36,143 nucleotides of DNA from Candidatus Omnitrophota bacterium (GTDB lineage Bacteria; Omnitrophota; Gorgyraeia; Gygaellales; Profunditerraquicolaceae), in the NCBI GenBank assembly GCA_028710845.1, contig JAQTTI010000001.1, positions 1 through 36,143 on the forward strand, read 5' to 3'. Position numbers and translations under genes: made by a program. The notes under the pieces were generated by a model. The model saw only the letters and a program-made list of their open reading frames with translations, had not been told where the DNA came from and ran no database searches. This document shows, in pieces, positions 8,494-17,314 of this stretch (position 1 is the stretch's first letter; every line of letters begins with the position of its first letter).

Positions 8494-9441
8494 ATGAAAC
8501 GTATAATCTTAAGTCTGTTAATAATTTCTTTTTTGTCAATCCAGCCGGCTTATCCTTATTGGATCTGGACCCCCAAGTCCGGGAAATGGGTGAATCCTAA
8601 AAACCTTCCCAAGGACAACCCGCAGGAACAGTTTGCTTATGCCAAAGCCTTCCTGGATAATGATAAATTCGAAGAAGCAAAACGTGAATTCCGTAAACTA
8701 CTCAAAGCTTATCCTAAGTCTGCGGAGGCTGCGGAAAGCCAGTATTACCTGGGAGCAATAGAAGAGAAGCAGGGAAGGTTATATGAAGCTTTTCAGGCCT
8801 ATCAAATGGTAATAGATAAATATCCGTTTTCAGAGCGCATCCAGGAAATTATCGAGAAAGAATATAGAATTGGCGAAAGATTCATGGCCGGAGAGAAACG
8901 TAAGGCAATGGGGATAGAGCTTCCGGTTGATAATCCGGCGATCGAAATATTCACTAAAGTAGTAGAAAACTCGACCTACGGACCGTTTGCCCCGAAAGCC
9001 CAATATAAATTAGGTCTGGTTTTAAAAGGTTTAATGCGTTATTATGAAGCGGAAGACGAATTCAGCAAGTTAGTCACCCGTTATCCGGATAGCGAATGGG
9101 CCTCTGCAGCTAAATTCCAAATCGCCAGCTGCCGGGCCAGTTTGTCCAAAGGGCCTGCTTATGACCAGGGAGCAGCGGAAGAGGCTAAGGAAAAGTTCGA
9201 GGTATTTGTAAAAGAGCACCCGGATGCGGTGCTTTCTCTGGATGCCCAGAAAAATATCTCCCAGATCAGGGAAAAAGAAGCGGAAGGATATTATAATATC
9301 GGCCGCTTTTATGAAAAACAAAGACAATTCGAATCAGCAAAAATATATTACAACGATATCATCGATAATTATTCGGAAAGTTCTTTTGCCAAGGATGCAG
9401 CAATCAGGCTGCAGATAATGGAGCATAAAGATGAAAAATAG
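8494..9441 (+). CDS. BamD/YfiO-like TPR-repeat outer-membrane assembly factor (secreted; no lipobox Cys seen)
   Basis: 315 aa. Signal peptide, TPR-like repeats (AEESQYYLGAIEEKQGRLYEAFQAYQMVIDKYP; APKAQYKLGLV...AEDEFSKLVTRYPDS). It sits directly upstream of the lptE-like gene. Confidence 0.55.
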   Translation: MKRIILSLLIISFLSIQPAYPYWIWTPKSGKWVNPKNLPKDNPQEQFAYAKAFLDNDKFEEAKREFRKLLKAYPKSAEAAESQYYLGAIEEKQGRLYEAFQAYQMVIDKYPFSERIQEIIEKEYRIGERFMAGEKRKAMGIELPVDNPAIEIFTKVVENSTYGPFAPKAQYKLGLVLKGLMRYYEAEDEFSKLVTRYPDSEWASAAKFQIASCRASLSKGPAYDQGAAEEAKEKFEVFVKEHPDAVLSLDAQKNISQIREKEAEGYYNIGRFYEKQRQFESAKIYYNDIIDNYSESSFAKDAAIRLQIMEHKDEK

Positions 9442-10003
9442 AACCGGGATTTGTTTGCCTCTAATTTTAATGTTTTGCTTTTTACCGGCTTTTTTATCAG
9501 GCTGCGGTTATACAACCAAGTCAATGCTAACCGGTAAATACAGCACTATTTACGTCAATCCGTTTTTAAACAAGGTAGACGTTACCCAGGAATCTTATGC
9601 GGCAAACAAATACCGCATATACCGGCCGATGCTTGAGACCGATATCACCAGAAGGGTAATTAACAGGTATTTATTCGACGGCAACCTGAAGCCGAAAAAA
9701 GAAGGGCAGGCCGATTTAGTGTTAAAAGGAGAATTAATTGAATACCGTAAGGACCCTTTAAGTTATACTTCGGATAATAACGAGATCGCTGAATACCGGA
9801 TAAATATCTACGTTAATATAAGCCTTTGGGATGTTAAAGAAGACAAGCTTCTTTGGCAAGAAAACAACTTCAACGGTAACTACTCGTATTTTACTAGTTT
9901 TGCTACTGGGAATGTAATCCAGGTGCCGGAAGAAACAGCGGTAAATAATGCTATTGAGGATTTGGCCCGCCGCATTGTCGAGCGCACAGTTGAGCAATGG
10001 TAA
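9431..10003 (+). CDS. LptE-like LPS-assembly lipoprotein
   Basis: 190 aa. Lipobox FLSGC-GY. Its position between leuS and holA matches the conserved leuS-lptE-holA neighbourhood. Confidence 0.5.
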   Translation: MKNRTGICLPLILMFCFLPAFLSGCGYTTKSMLTGKYSTIYVNPFLNKVDVTQESYAANKYRIYRPMLETDITRRVINRYLFDGNLKPKKEGQADLVLKGELIEYRKDPLSYTSDNNEIAEYRINIYVNISLWDVKEDKLLWQENNFNGNYSYFTSFATGNVIQVPEETAVNNAIEDLARRIVERTVEQW

Positions 10004-10004
10004 T

Positions 10005-10688
10005 ATGGCTTACCCCGTTAAGGACAAGACAGAATCCCATCCCGCCTTTAACATCTGCCTGCTTATTGGCTCAGACGTTATAGCCAAAGAAATCCAGCTT
10101 AAAAGATTAAAACAGGAATTTCTCTCTCCCCAGCTCCAGGATTTTAATTTTGATAAGTTATACGCCAAAGAAATAGATTTAAAAGATATCCAGGAACGTT
10201 TTCTAGCCGTTCCCTTAAAAAGTCAGAGAAGAATTATTATAATCAAAGGCGCAGATTATCTAAGCGCTGAAGCGCAGGAATTTTTCCTATCTTACTCAAA
10301 AAAGCCCCACAAACAATTGATATTAATCCTTGATTATGAACGCTATGATTATAAGGATGGGTTTATTAAGGCGATTACCCGGTATTCAAAGGTCATCCGC
10401 TTTAAAGAAACAGTCAACCCGGACACATTTGCTTTAAGCCGCCAGATTGAATTAAGAAAGACCGATTCAGCGCTTAAGATATTAAGCCAGCTGCTTAAAA
10501 ACGGTGAGGTGCCGGAACGTATCCTTGGGGGTTTGCGTTATGCCTGGGAGAAAAACGGTACAGAAGGAGATCTGGCCCGTAAAAAACTCAAATTTCTGTT
10601 AAATTGCGATATTGAAATAAAAACAGGCAGGCTGCCGCCTGCCTTTGCTTTGGAAAAATTAGTGGTTAGTTTATGCGGATTTGCGTAA
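10005..10688 (+). CDS. holA: DNA polymerase III delta subunit, compact (about 227 aa)
   Basis: In-frame ATG at 10005, immediately after the lptE-like stop (the track ORF begins at 9948 inside that gene). C-terminal ...LLNCDIEIKTGRLPPAFALEKLVVSL resembles the delta domain III end. Synteny with lptE-like and rpsT supports the call. Confidence 0.55.
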   Translation: MAYPVKDKTESHPAFNICLLIGSDVIAKEIQLKRLKQEFLSPQLQDFNFDKLYAKEIDLKDIQERFLAVPLKSQRRIIIIKGADYLSAEAQEFFLSYSKKPHKQLILILDYERYDYKDGFIKAITRYSKVIRFKETVNPDTFALSRQIELRKTDSALKILSQLLKNGEVPERILGGLRYAWEKNGTEGDLARKKLKFLLNCDIEIKTGRLPPAFALEKLVVSLCGFA

Positions 10689-10931
10689 TTTGAGCGTAAG
10701 ACGCGATTTTCTTCGGTTGGCCGTAGCCGGATGGATAATCTTTTTCTTAGCTGCTTTATCCAGCTGGGAAAATACTTTGGAAATGAAGGTTTTTGATTCG
10801 GCGTCTTTTTTGGCGATTAATTCTTGTAATTTTTTTATCGCTTTTTTAAGCCGTGATTTTACTTTTAAGTTGCGGTCACGTTTTCTCTTGTTAACCCGGT
10901 TGCTTTTTAATGATGTTCTACGTCTTGGCAT
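10671..10931 (-). CDS. rpsT: 30S ribosomal protein S20
   Basis: 86 aa, very basic. NRVNKRKRDRNLKVKSRLKKAIKK...KKKIIHPATANRRKSRL is typical bS20. GGAG RBS. Confidence 0.93.
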   Translation of the reverse strand: MPRRRTSLKSNRVNKRKRDRNLKVKSRLKKAIKKLQELIAKKDAESKTFISKVFSQLDKAAKKKIIHPATANRRKSRLTLKLRKSA

Positions 10932-10986
10932 ATAATCTCCTTATTAATTACTTATGAGCTAATATTATTAGCATAATTCATCGGCC

Positions 10987-12522
10987 ATGTCAATAAACAA
11001 ATATCCCGAAAATAGCCATCATTTGGTGGCCCGGTCCGCCTCGATTATTAGTTTAGCTACCCTTGTTTCCCGGGTGCTCGGCTTTATAAGAGACATTATA
11101 ATTGCCCGCTTGTTCGGCGTCTATATTTATGCCCAGGCATTTATTATTGCCTTTCGTATACCCAATCTTTTCAGGGATTTAGTCGCCGAAGGCGCTTCTA
11201 ACGCGGCTATTGTGCCTGTTTTAAGCGAATACAGCCTGAAGCGCAAAGAGGAATTTTGGGAGCTGGTCAACATTCTGCTTAACTTCTTGCTGATTTTTTT
11301 GAGCGTAATCACTATTGTTGGAATAATTTTCTCTCCGGTTATCGTCCGCCTGATTGCTCCCGGTTTCATTGCTTCTCCTGAAAAGCTCCGGGCAACTGTT
11401 GCCTTAAACCGCCTTATTTTTCCTTATCTCCTGCTTATCGGTCTTTCCGCCTATGCCGTAGCGGTGCTTAATTCACTTAAAAACTTTGCCGTTTCCGCTT
11501 TTGCCCCCTGCCTTCTGAACATTGCCGTGATTATTTGTGCAATGATTTTTGGTGAAAATGTGATGGGCCTCGCCACCGGTGTTTTAATCGGAGGCTTACT
11601 TCAACTTGCGGTGCAAATTCCGGTTCTTTATAAAAAAGGGTTTCGGCCGCGCTGGGCGTTTTCTTTTAACCATCCCGGAATGGTGCAAATCAGAAGGTTG
11701 ATGGCTCCCCGGCTGGCCAGCAGCGGTATTTACCATTTAAATAACTTTGCCGACTCAATATTCAGCTCTATTTCGGTAGTTGTCGGAGAAGGCGGTGTGG
11801 CTGTGTTATATTTTGCCTATCGTTTTATCCAATTTCCTATAGGAATTTTCAGCAATGCCATTGCCCAGGCTATCCTGCCTACTTTTTCTACTCAAGTTCT
11901 GGATGAAAACCATGAGGAGCTTAGGCGGACGCTTTCCTGGGGACTGAGGACAGTCTTTTTTGTAATGCTTCCGGTAAGCGCCTTTTTTATGGCCCTGGCC
12001 CAACCTTTAATCCTGGTGTTCTTTGGGGGAGGAAAATTCGATTATCATTCCGGTTTTTTAACCGCTAATGCTTTATTTTTCTATAGCATAGGCTTAAGCG
12101 CTTACGGAGGGATCAAAATATTACAATGCTGTTTTTTTGCGTTAAAAGACACCGTAACTCCGACAAAAATAGCCGGGCTTTCCCTGATTTTAAATGTCTT
12201 GCTTAATGCGATACTTATGTTTCCCCTAAAAATCGGCGGCTTGGCCCTGGCTACTTCTATTTCGGGGATTGTGGCTTTTTTCTTGTTGTTCTTTATTTTA
12301 AGGAAAAGGCTGGGAGGGTTTGAAGGCAAAAGAATTTTAAGCTCTTTTTTACGGGTATTGGCGGCTTCACTTTGCACGGCCGGGATATGTTTACTGGTTA
12401 ACCGGGCGATGAATTTCGTCTGGGCCCTGTTTATCGGGGCTTTGTCTTATATTGTTTTTTGCTTTATTTTTAGAGTTACCGAACTTAAAGAACTAATGCA
12501 GAGATTCTTATGGAAAGATTAA
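10987..12522 (+). CDS. murJ: Lipid II flippase MurJ (MviN family)
   Basis: 511 aa polytopic protein. N-terminal ...SRVLGFIRDIIIARLFG...FRIPNLFRDLVAEGA is a MurJ signature. It is divergent from rpsT, as in many bacteria. Confidence 0.9.
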   Translation: MSINKYPENSHHLVARSASIISLATLVSRVLGFIRDIIIARLFGVYIYAQAFIIAFRIPNLFRDLVAEGASNAAIVPVLSEYSLKRKEEFWELVNILLNFLLIFLSVITIVGIIFSPVIVRLIAPGFIASPEKLRATVALNRLIFPYLLLIGLSAYAVAVLNSLKNFAVSAFAPCLLNIAVIICAMIFGENVMGLATGVLIGGLLQLAVQIPVLYKKGFRPRWAFSFNHPGMVQIRRLMAPRLASSGIYHLNNFADSIFSSISVVVGEGGVAVLYFAYRFIQFPIGIFSNAIAQAILPTFSTQVLDENHEELRRTLSWGLRTVFFVMLPVSAFFMALAQPLILVFFGGGKFDYHSGFLTANALFFYSIGLSAYGGIKILQCCFFALKDTVTPTKIAGLSLILNVLLNAILMFPLKIGGLALATSISGIVAFFLLFFILRKRLGGFEGKRILSSFLRVLAASLCTAGICLLVNRAMNFVWALFIGALSYIVFCFIFRVTELKELMQRFLWKD

Positions 12523-13742
12523 AAGAAAAAATCCTCCGGGCTCCGGATTTGCCGGGAGTTTATTTAATGCGCGACAGCCGAAACCAGGTGATTTACGTGG
12601 GCAAGGCCAACTCGCTTAAGAAGCGGCTGCGCAGTTACCTGGGCAGGGATTTGTCCGCCAAAACAATGGCCTTGATGTCCAAAGCTTACGACCTTGAATT
12701 TGAACTTTCCGCTAATGAAAGCCTGGCCCTGCTCCTTGAGGCCAACCGGATCCACCAGTTTAAACCAAAATATAATATTTCCTTAAAAGATGATAAGAGT
12801 TTTCCCTTAGTCTGGATTTCCGGAGATAAATTCCCCTCGATCTCTATTGTCCGCAAGAAAAAACATGATTCAGGAAGGTATCTCGGGCCGTATACCAATG
12901 CCAAGCTTTTAAGGAGCGCCCTCAAAATTATCAGGCGCAACTTCGCTTTTCGTTCTTGCTGGAATATGCCCGAGAAAAGCTGTATTTATTACAGGATTAA
13001 TCTCTGTCAGGGTCCCTGTATAGGCAAGATCAGCCCGAGAGAATATAAGCAGGTTATCGATAATATTATTTTGATCCTGGAAGGAAAAATCGACCTATTG
13101 GTTGACAAACTTACAAAATTGATGCGGGCTAAAGCTCAGGAAAAGGATTTCGAGCAAGCGGCTGTGCTTCGCGACCAGATAATTGTTTTATCGCAAATGC
13201 GTTCAGTCCAAAGCAGCGCCAGCCGGAAAAGCCAGCTGGAAGACCTTAAAAACAAGCTGGGTCTGGAAGTTTTGCCTGAAAGAATCGAGGGGTTTGATAT
13301 ATCTAACCTATCCGGGAAACAGGCGGTTGGTTCGATGGTAAGTTTTTATAACGGTTTTGCGGATAAAAATAATTATCGCCGGTTTAGAATAAAAAGTTTC
13401 GCAGGAATTGATGATTACAGGATGCTGGCTGAAGTAGTAAGGCGCCGTTACAGCAGGCTGATGAAAGAAAAGGCGGCCTTACCAGATCTTCTGCTGATTG
13501 ACGGAGGCAAACAGCATCTTTTAACGGCGGCAGGCGTGCTTAAAGAGCTGGATTGCTCTATTCCGATAGTAAGCATTGCAAAAGAAAAAGAAAATATCTA
13601 TACTATCCGGGGACGGTTAGTTTTAGGTCTAGCCAAGGACAGTCCGGCTATGAATTTAATCCGTGCGGTGCGGGATGAAGCTCATAGGTTTGCCCTGAAC
13701 TACCATCATATACTGCGGCGTAAAGATTTGATCGGAAGATAA
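12510..13742 (+). CDS. uvrC: Excinuclease ABC subunit C, compact form lacking the C-terminal (HhH)2 domain
   Basis: 410 aa. GIY-YIG (GVYLMRD...VIYVGKANSLKKRLRSY), UVR motif (FEQAAVLRDQIIVL), 3' endonuclease blocks (IEGFDISN, IDGGKQH, RDEAHRFA). The ORF ends directly after the last block. Confidence 0.85.
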   Translation: MERLKEKILRAPDLPGVYLMRDSRNQVIYVGKANSLKKRLRSYLGRDLSAKTMALMSKAYDLEFELSANESLALLLEANRIHQFKPKYNISLKDDKSFPLVWISGDKFPSISIVRKKKHDSGRYLGPYTNAKLLRSALKIIRRNFAFRSCWNMPEKSCIYYRINLCQGPCIGKISPREYKQVIDNIILILEGKIDLLVDKLTKLMRAKAQEKDFEQAAVLRDQIIVLSQMRSVQSSASRKSQLEDLKNKLGLEVLPERIEGFDISNLSGKQAVGSMVSFYNGFADKNNYRRFRIKSFAGIDDYRMLAEVVRRRYSRLMKEKAALPDLLLIDGGKQHLLTAAGVLKELDCSIPIVSIAKEKENIYTIRGRLVLGLAKDSPAMNLIRAVRDEAHRFALNYHHILRRKDLIGR

Positions 13743-13763
13743 GGCAAAATAAAAGGATAAATA

Positions 13764-14699
13764 ATGCCGAGTTTCCAAAAAGCCAGAAGCTTTTTATTTT
13801 ATTTAAGTTTAATTTCCTTCTTTGTCGGCCTGCCTTTTATCATTGCTTCTGCTCTGGGGTATAAATTTAACCCCTATAATTTTAAATTTATTAAAACCGG
13901 CCTGATTTATATAAAGACGCATCCGGAAGGGGCCAGGATCTATCTTAATGGCAAATTGGTCCCTGAAAAAAGCCCGGCCAGCATTACTGAGCTTACTCCC
14001 GGAGTCTATAAACTCTTTATTGAATTGGAGAACTATTATCCCTGGAAAGCCGAAGTTGATGTTGAGGCCGGCAAAGCATTAAGGTTAGATAAAATCATCC
14101 TTTTTTCTTTACGGCCCAACCTCGGACAGCTAAACCGGGAAAGATTCTCTTATTTCAAAGTCGATAGTGAAAAGAAGATTATTTATTACCTGGATTTGGA
14201 AAACAGGGTTATTTACAGGTCTGGGCTTGACGGTAGTAATTTCGAAGATATAGCTAATCTTCCCGAAAATTTCCCTCAAATCATTGGCTTTGATTTTTCT
14301 CCCGACAGGAAAAAGATGTTTATTTTTAGCCAGCATCAAGTCAGTGTAATTTCATTTGATCTGGATCCTGAGCTTGACTTTTCTGATTCTCCGTTAATGC
14401 TGGAATTTCCGCGGGAAAAAATAATCAATGTCTTTTGGCATTCGGACAGCTATCATTTAGTAGTTTTAACGAATAAACACGTATTGGTCATAGAATCTAA
14501 ACCACGGGGGGTGCCGATTAATTTAATCAGGTTAAATAAAGAGGACCCCACAGGTTTTTACGACCAAAATGAAAATGCGCTTTATTTTAGCGATAGCCAA
14601 AGAAGCCCTGATGGAACAACTTTTAACAACCTTTATAAATTGGAGTTAAATACTAACCTGGATTTATTGGATATGATCAGGAAGAAGTCCGATGAATAA
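13764..14699 (+). CDS. Membrane-anchored PEGA-domain protein with YWTD-like C-terminal repeats
   Basis: 311 aa. One N-terminal TM, IKTHPEGARIYLNGK (PEGA motif), later YYLDLENRVIYRSGLDGSNFEDI (YWTD/LY-like). Confidence 0.55.
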   Translation: MPSFQKARSFLFYLSLISFFVGLPFIIASALGYKFNPYNFKFIKTGLIYIKTHPEGARIYLNGKLVPEKSPASITELTPGVYKLFIELENYYPWKAEVDVEAGKALRLDKIILFSLRPNLGQLNRERFSYFKVDSEKKIIYYLDLENRVIYRSGLDGSNFEDIANLPENFPQIIGFDFSPDRKKMFIFSQHQVSVISFDLDPELDFSDSPLMLEFPREKIINVFWHSDSYHLVVLTNKHVLVIESKPRGVPINLIRLNKEDPTGFYDQNENALYFSDSQRSPDGTTFNNLYKLELNTNLDLLDMIRKKSDE

Positions 14700-16185
14700 A
14701 GAAATCTTTTTGAAACGCATTTTTGAGGTGATACCGGGAGGGTTATCCTGGAGCATTATTATCGCCCTGATATTGCTATCTATTTTTAACCCGGTAATGG
14801 GTGCGGTCATAATTATTACTTTTGATTTTTACTGGATTATCCGTACCGCCTATCTGACCACTCTTTTAGTGATGGCTCAACACCGGCTGGCTAAAGAAAA
14901 AAATAAAGATTGGTTAAGCCGCTGCCTTAAATTGCCTCCGGAGCAAGGCTTTAAGGAGTTATATCACTTGATAATATTCCCGATTTACAATGAAGGGCTG
15001 GATATTTTACGGCCGTCTTTGGAAGCGTTAAGCACAACGAGCTATTTAAAAGAAAAACTGATCGTAGTTGCGGCATTCGAAGAAAGAAACAGCTCGGCCA
15101 GAAAAACAGCGGCCATATTAGAAAAAGAATTCGGTAAGAAATTTGGGGCGTATCTGTCTACTTTTCATCCCGACGGTTTGGAAGGAGAAAGCCGGACTAA
15201 GGGCGCTAATGCCACCTGGGCAGCCAAGGCAGGCAAAAGGTATATCGATTCACAGGGAATTGCCTACCAGCGGGTTGTTGTTTCTTGTTTTGACGCAGAT
15301 ACCTGCGTTGAACCGCAGTATTTTGGTTGTTTAAGTTATCATTTTCTAACTTCTGATAAGCCTCACCAGGCAAGCTACCAGCCTATGCCGGTCTATAACA
15401 ATAATATCTGGCAGGCGCCTTCACTGGCCCGCTTGGTTGAAATAAGCAGTTCATTCTGCCAGTTGATCGAAAGCATGCGCCTTGAGAAATTCGTAACATT
15501 CTCAAGCCATAGCATGAGTTTTAAAACTCTGGTTGAAGTCGACTATTGGCCGAAAAATATGATCTCCGATGATTCGGTAATTTATTGGAAATCCTATCTT
15601 TATTATAACGGTGATTACCGGGTAGTGCCTTTATATATTACTGTATCTATGGACGTAGCCTATGCCAGCAATATCTGGAGGACACTGGTGGTTCAATATA
15701 AGCAAAAGAGAAGATGGGCCTGGGGGGTGGAGAATTTTCCTTTTGTAGCGGTAGGTTTCATGAAAAATAAAAACATTTCCCTGATTAACAAATTAAGAAG
15801 GTTGTTTCATCTTTTAGAAAGCCACGTAACTTGGGCAGTTTGGGCGGTGATCCTGGCTTTAATCGGATATTTACCGTTATTTTTCGGAGGAAGTTTTTTC
15901 AATCAAACCGCAATTGCTTATAATTTGCCCAAAATCGCCGGATTATTATTCAGGTTTACGGCCTTGACCAGTTTGATCTGGGTAGCTTTAAGCTGGACAA
16001 TCCTGCCCAAGCGGCCAAAAGGAATAAGCTGGTTTAAAAACCTGGTTTTAGTTTCAGAATGGTTTTTTGTTCCCTTTATTATATTAATTATCGGATCCTT
16101 TCCGGCAATAGACGCGCAGACGCGCCTGATGTTCGCAAAATACATGCAATTTAATCCTACATTAAAAGGCAATAGAGTGATATAA
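14692..16185 (+). CDS. Membrane-embedded family-2 glycosyltransferase, processive synthase-like (D, DxD, xDD, QxxRW)
   Basis: 497 aa. N- and C-terminal TM segments, CFDADT, MISDDS and QKRRWAWG motifs. 8-nt overlap with the PEGA gene. Confidence 0.6.
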   Translation: MNKEIFLKRIFEVIPGGLSWSIIIALILLSIFNPVMGAVIIITFDFYWIIRTAYLTTLLVMAQHRLAKEKNKDWLSRCLKLPPEQGFKELYHLIIFPIYNEGLDILRPSLEALSTTSYLKEKLIVVAAFEERNSSARKTAAILEKEFGKKFGAYLSTFHPDGLEGESRTKGANATWAAKAGKRYIDSQGIAYQRVVVSCFDADTCVEPQYFGCLSYHFLTSDKPHQASYQPMPVYNNNIWQAPSLARLVEISSSFCQLIESMRLEKFVTFSSHSMSFKTLVEVDYWPKNMISDDSVIYWKSYLYYNGDYRVVPLYITVSMDVAYASNIWRTLVVQYKQKRRWAWGVENFPFVAVGFMKNKNISLINKLRRLFHLLESHVTWAVWAVILALIGYLPLFFGGSFFNQTAIAYNLPKIAGLLFRFTALTSLIWVALSWTILPKRPKGISWFKNLVLVSEWFFVPFIILIIGSFPAIDAQTRLMFAKYMQFNPTLKGNRVI

Positions 16186-16201
16186 TATTTTCGGAGGGAA
16201 G

Positions 16202-17275
16202 ATGGATATAAAAAAATTAATGCAGGAAATGGTGGTCAAAAACGCTTCGGATCTTTTTTACCGCGCCGGCGGTTGTCCGCGTTTACGTATTGACGGTACC
16301 ATCGTCACCATCGATACAAAGGTTCTGAGCGTGGACGATGTTATGCTGGCAACTGAACAGCTGGCTAACACCAGGCAGCTTGAGGTTTTCAGGAATAAAT
16401 TAGACGTAGATTTTGCTTTGTACCTTGAGGAGTTTGACCGGCGTTTCCGCGTAAGTATATTCACCCAAAGGAACTGGCCTTCTATTGTAATCAGGAACGT
16501 ACATAATACGATAGCCAGCTTTGAAGAGCTTAACCTTCCCGCTGATATCTTAAAGAGGTTAGCCATGGAAACCAGGGGGCTTGTGCTTTTGACCGGGACT
16601 ATGGGCAGCGGAAAATCGACTACCATTGCCAGTATGATTGAATTTATAAACAATAATGCCAAAAAACATATCCTGACCGCCGAAGAGCCGATCGAATTTA
16701 CGTTCGAAGATAAGCAATCGATTATAAATCAGCGCGAATTAGGCATTGATGTCCGAAGTTATCCAACCGCGCTTCGCGCCTTTACACTACAGAGCCCCGA
16801 CGTAATGTTTATCGGCAACATCCGTGATTATGATACGGTTTCCAGCACTATGGCCGCTGCCGAAACCGGAGTTTTGGTTTTAAGCACCTTGCATACCATT
16901 AATGCTTCTCAGACTGTCGAAAGGTTAATTAACCTTTTCCCTCCGCACCAGCACCAGGAAATCAGAAATCAATTAGCTTCTTTGTTAAAGGGAGTAATCT
17001 CCTTGCGCCTTGTACCGGCCAAGGACGGTGTGGGAAGGGTGCCCGCTTATGAGGTTATGCTGCTTACTCCTACTATCAGCAGGCTGATCCGGGAAGGGAA
17101 GATTTGGGAAATTCCTCAGTATATCGAAGAAGGATCTATCTTTGGTATGCAGTCGTTTAACCAATCTTTAGTGAAGCTTGTCTACGACGGCAAAGTCAAT
17201 CTGGAAGACGCGGTATTGGTTGCAGATAGCCGGGAAGAATTTATGTTGGCTTATAAGGGGATAAAAAAGTCGTAA
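16202..17275 (+). CDS. pilT: Type IV pilus retraction ATPase PilT family
   Basis: 357 aa. Walker A GTMGSGKSTT, Asp box, His box LSTLHT and TISRLIREGKIWEI signature. Confidence 0.85.
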   Translation: MDIKKLMQEMVVKNASDLFYRAGGCPRLRIDGTIVTIDTKVLSVDDVMLATEQLANTRQLEVFRNKLDVDFALYLEEFDRRFRVSIFTQRNWPSIVIRNVHNTIASFEELNLPADILKRLAMETRGLVLLTGTMGSGKSTTIASMIEFINNNAKKHILTAEEPIEFTFEDKQSIINQRELGIDVRSYPTALRAFTLQSPDVMFIGNIRDYDTVSSTMAAAETGVLVLSTLHTINASQTVERLINLFPPHQHQEIRNQLASLLKGVISLRLVPAKDGVGRVPAYEVMLLTPTISRLIREGKIWEIPQYIEEGSIFGMQSFNQSLVKLVYDGKVNLEDAVLVADSREEFMLAYKGIKKS

Positions 17276-17314
17276 CCGCTTTTTTTAAAAGAATATAATA
17301 CTTAAGGAGAGGAT

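Noticed and set aside
9948-10004. N-terminal extension of the holA ORF as listed in the track
   Set aside because: It lies wholly inside the lptE-like gene in another frame. The in-frame ATG at 10005, right after that gene's stop, is the more plausible start.
10681-10935. 84-aa plus-strand ORF
   Set aside because: It is the mirror frame of rpsT, which has an unmistakable bS20 sequence. Spurious.
16258-16662. 134-aa minus-strand ORF, the longest antisense ORF in the window
   Set aside because: It lies entirely inside pilT, across its Walker A region. It has a Ser/Leu-rich low-complexity composition and no RBS. Spurious.
17271-17299. TATAAT box at 17294-17299 upstream of prfB as a promoter
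   Set aside because: No acceptable -35 (CGTAAC) and no extended -10 TG are present. prfB may simply be cotranscribed with pilT. Too weak to call.
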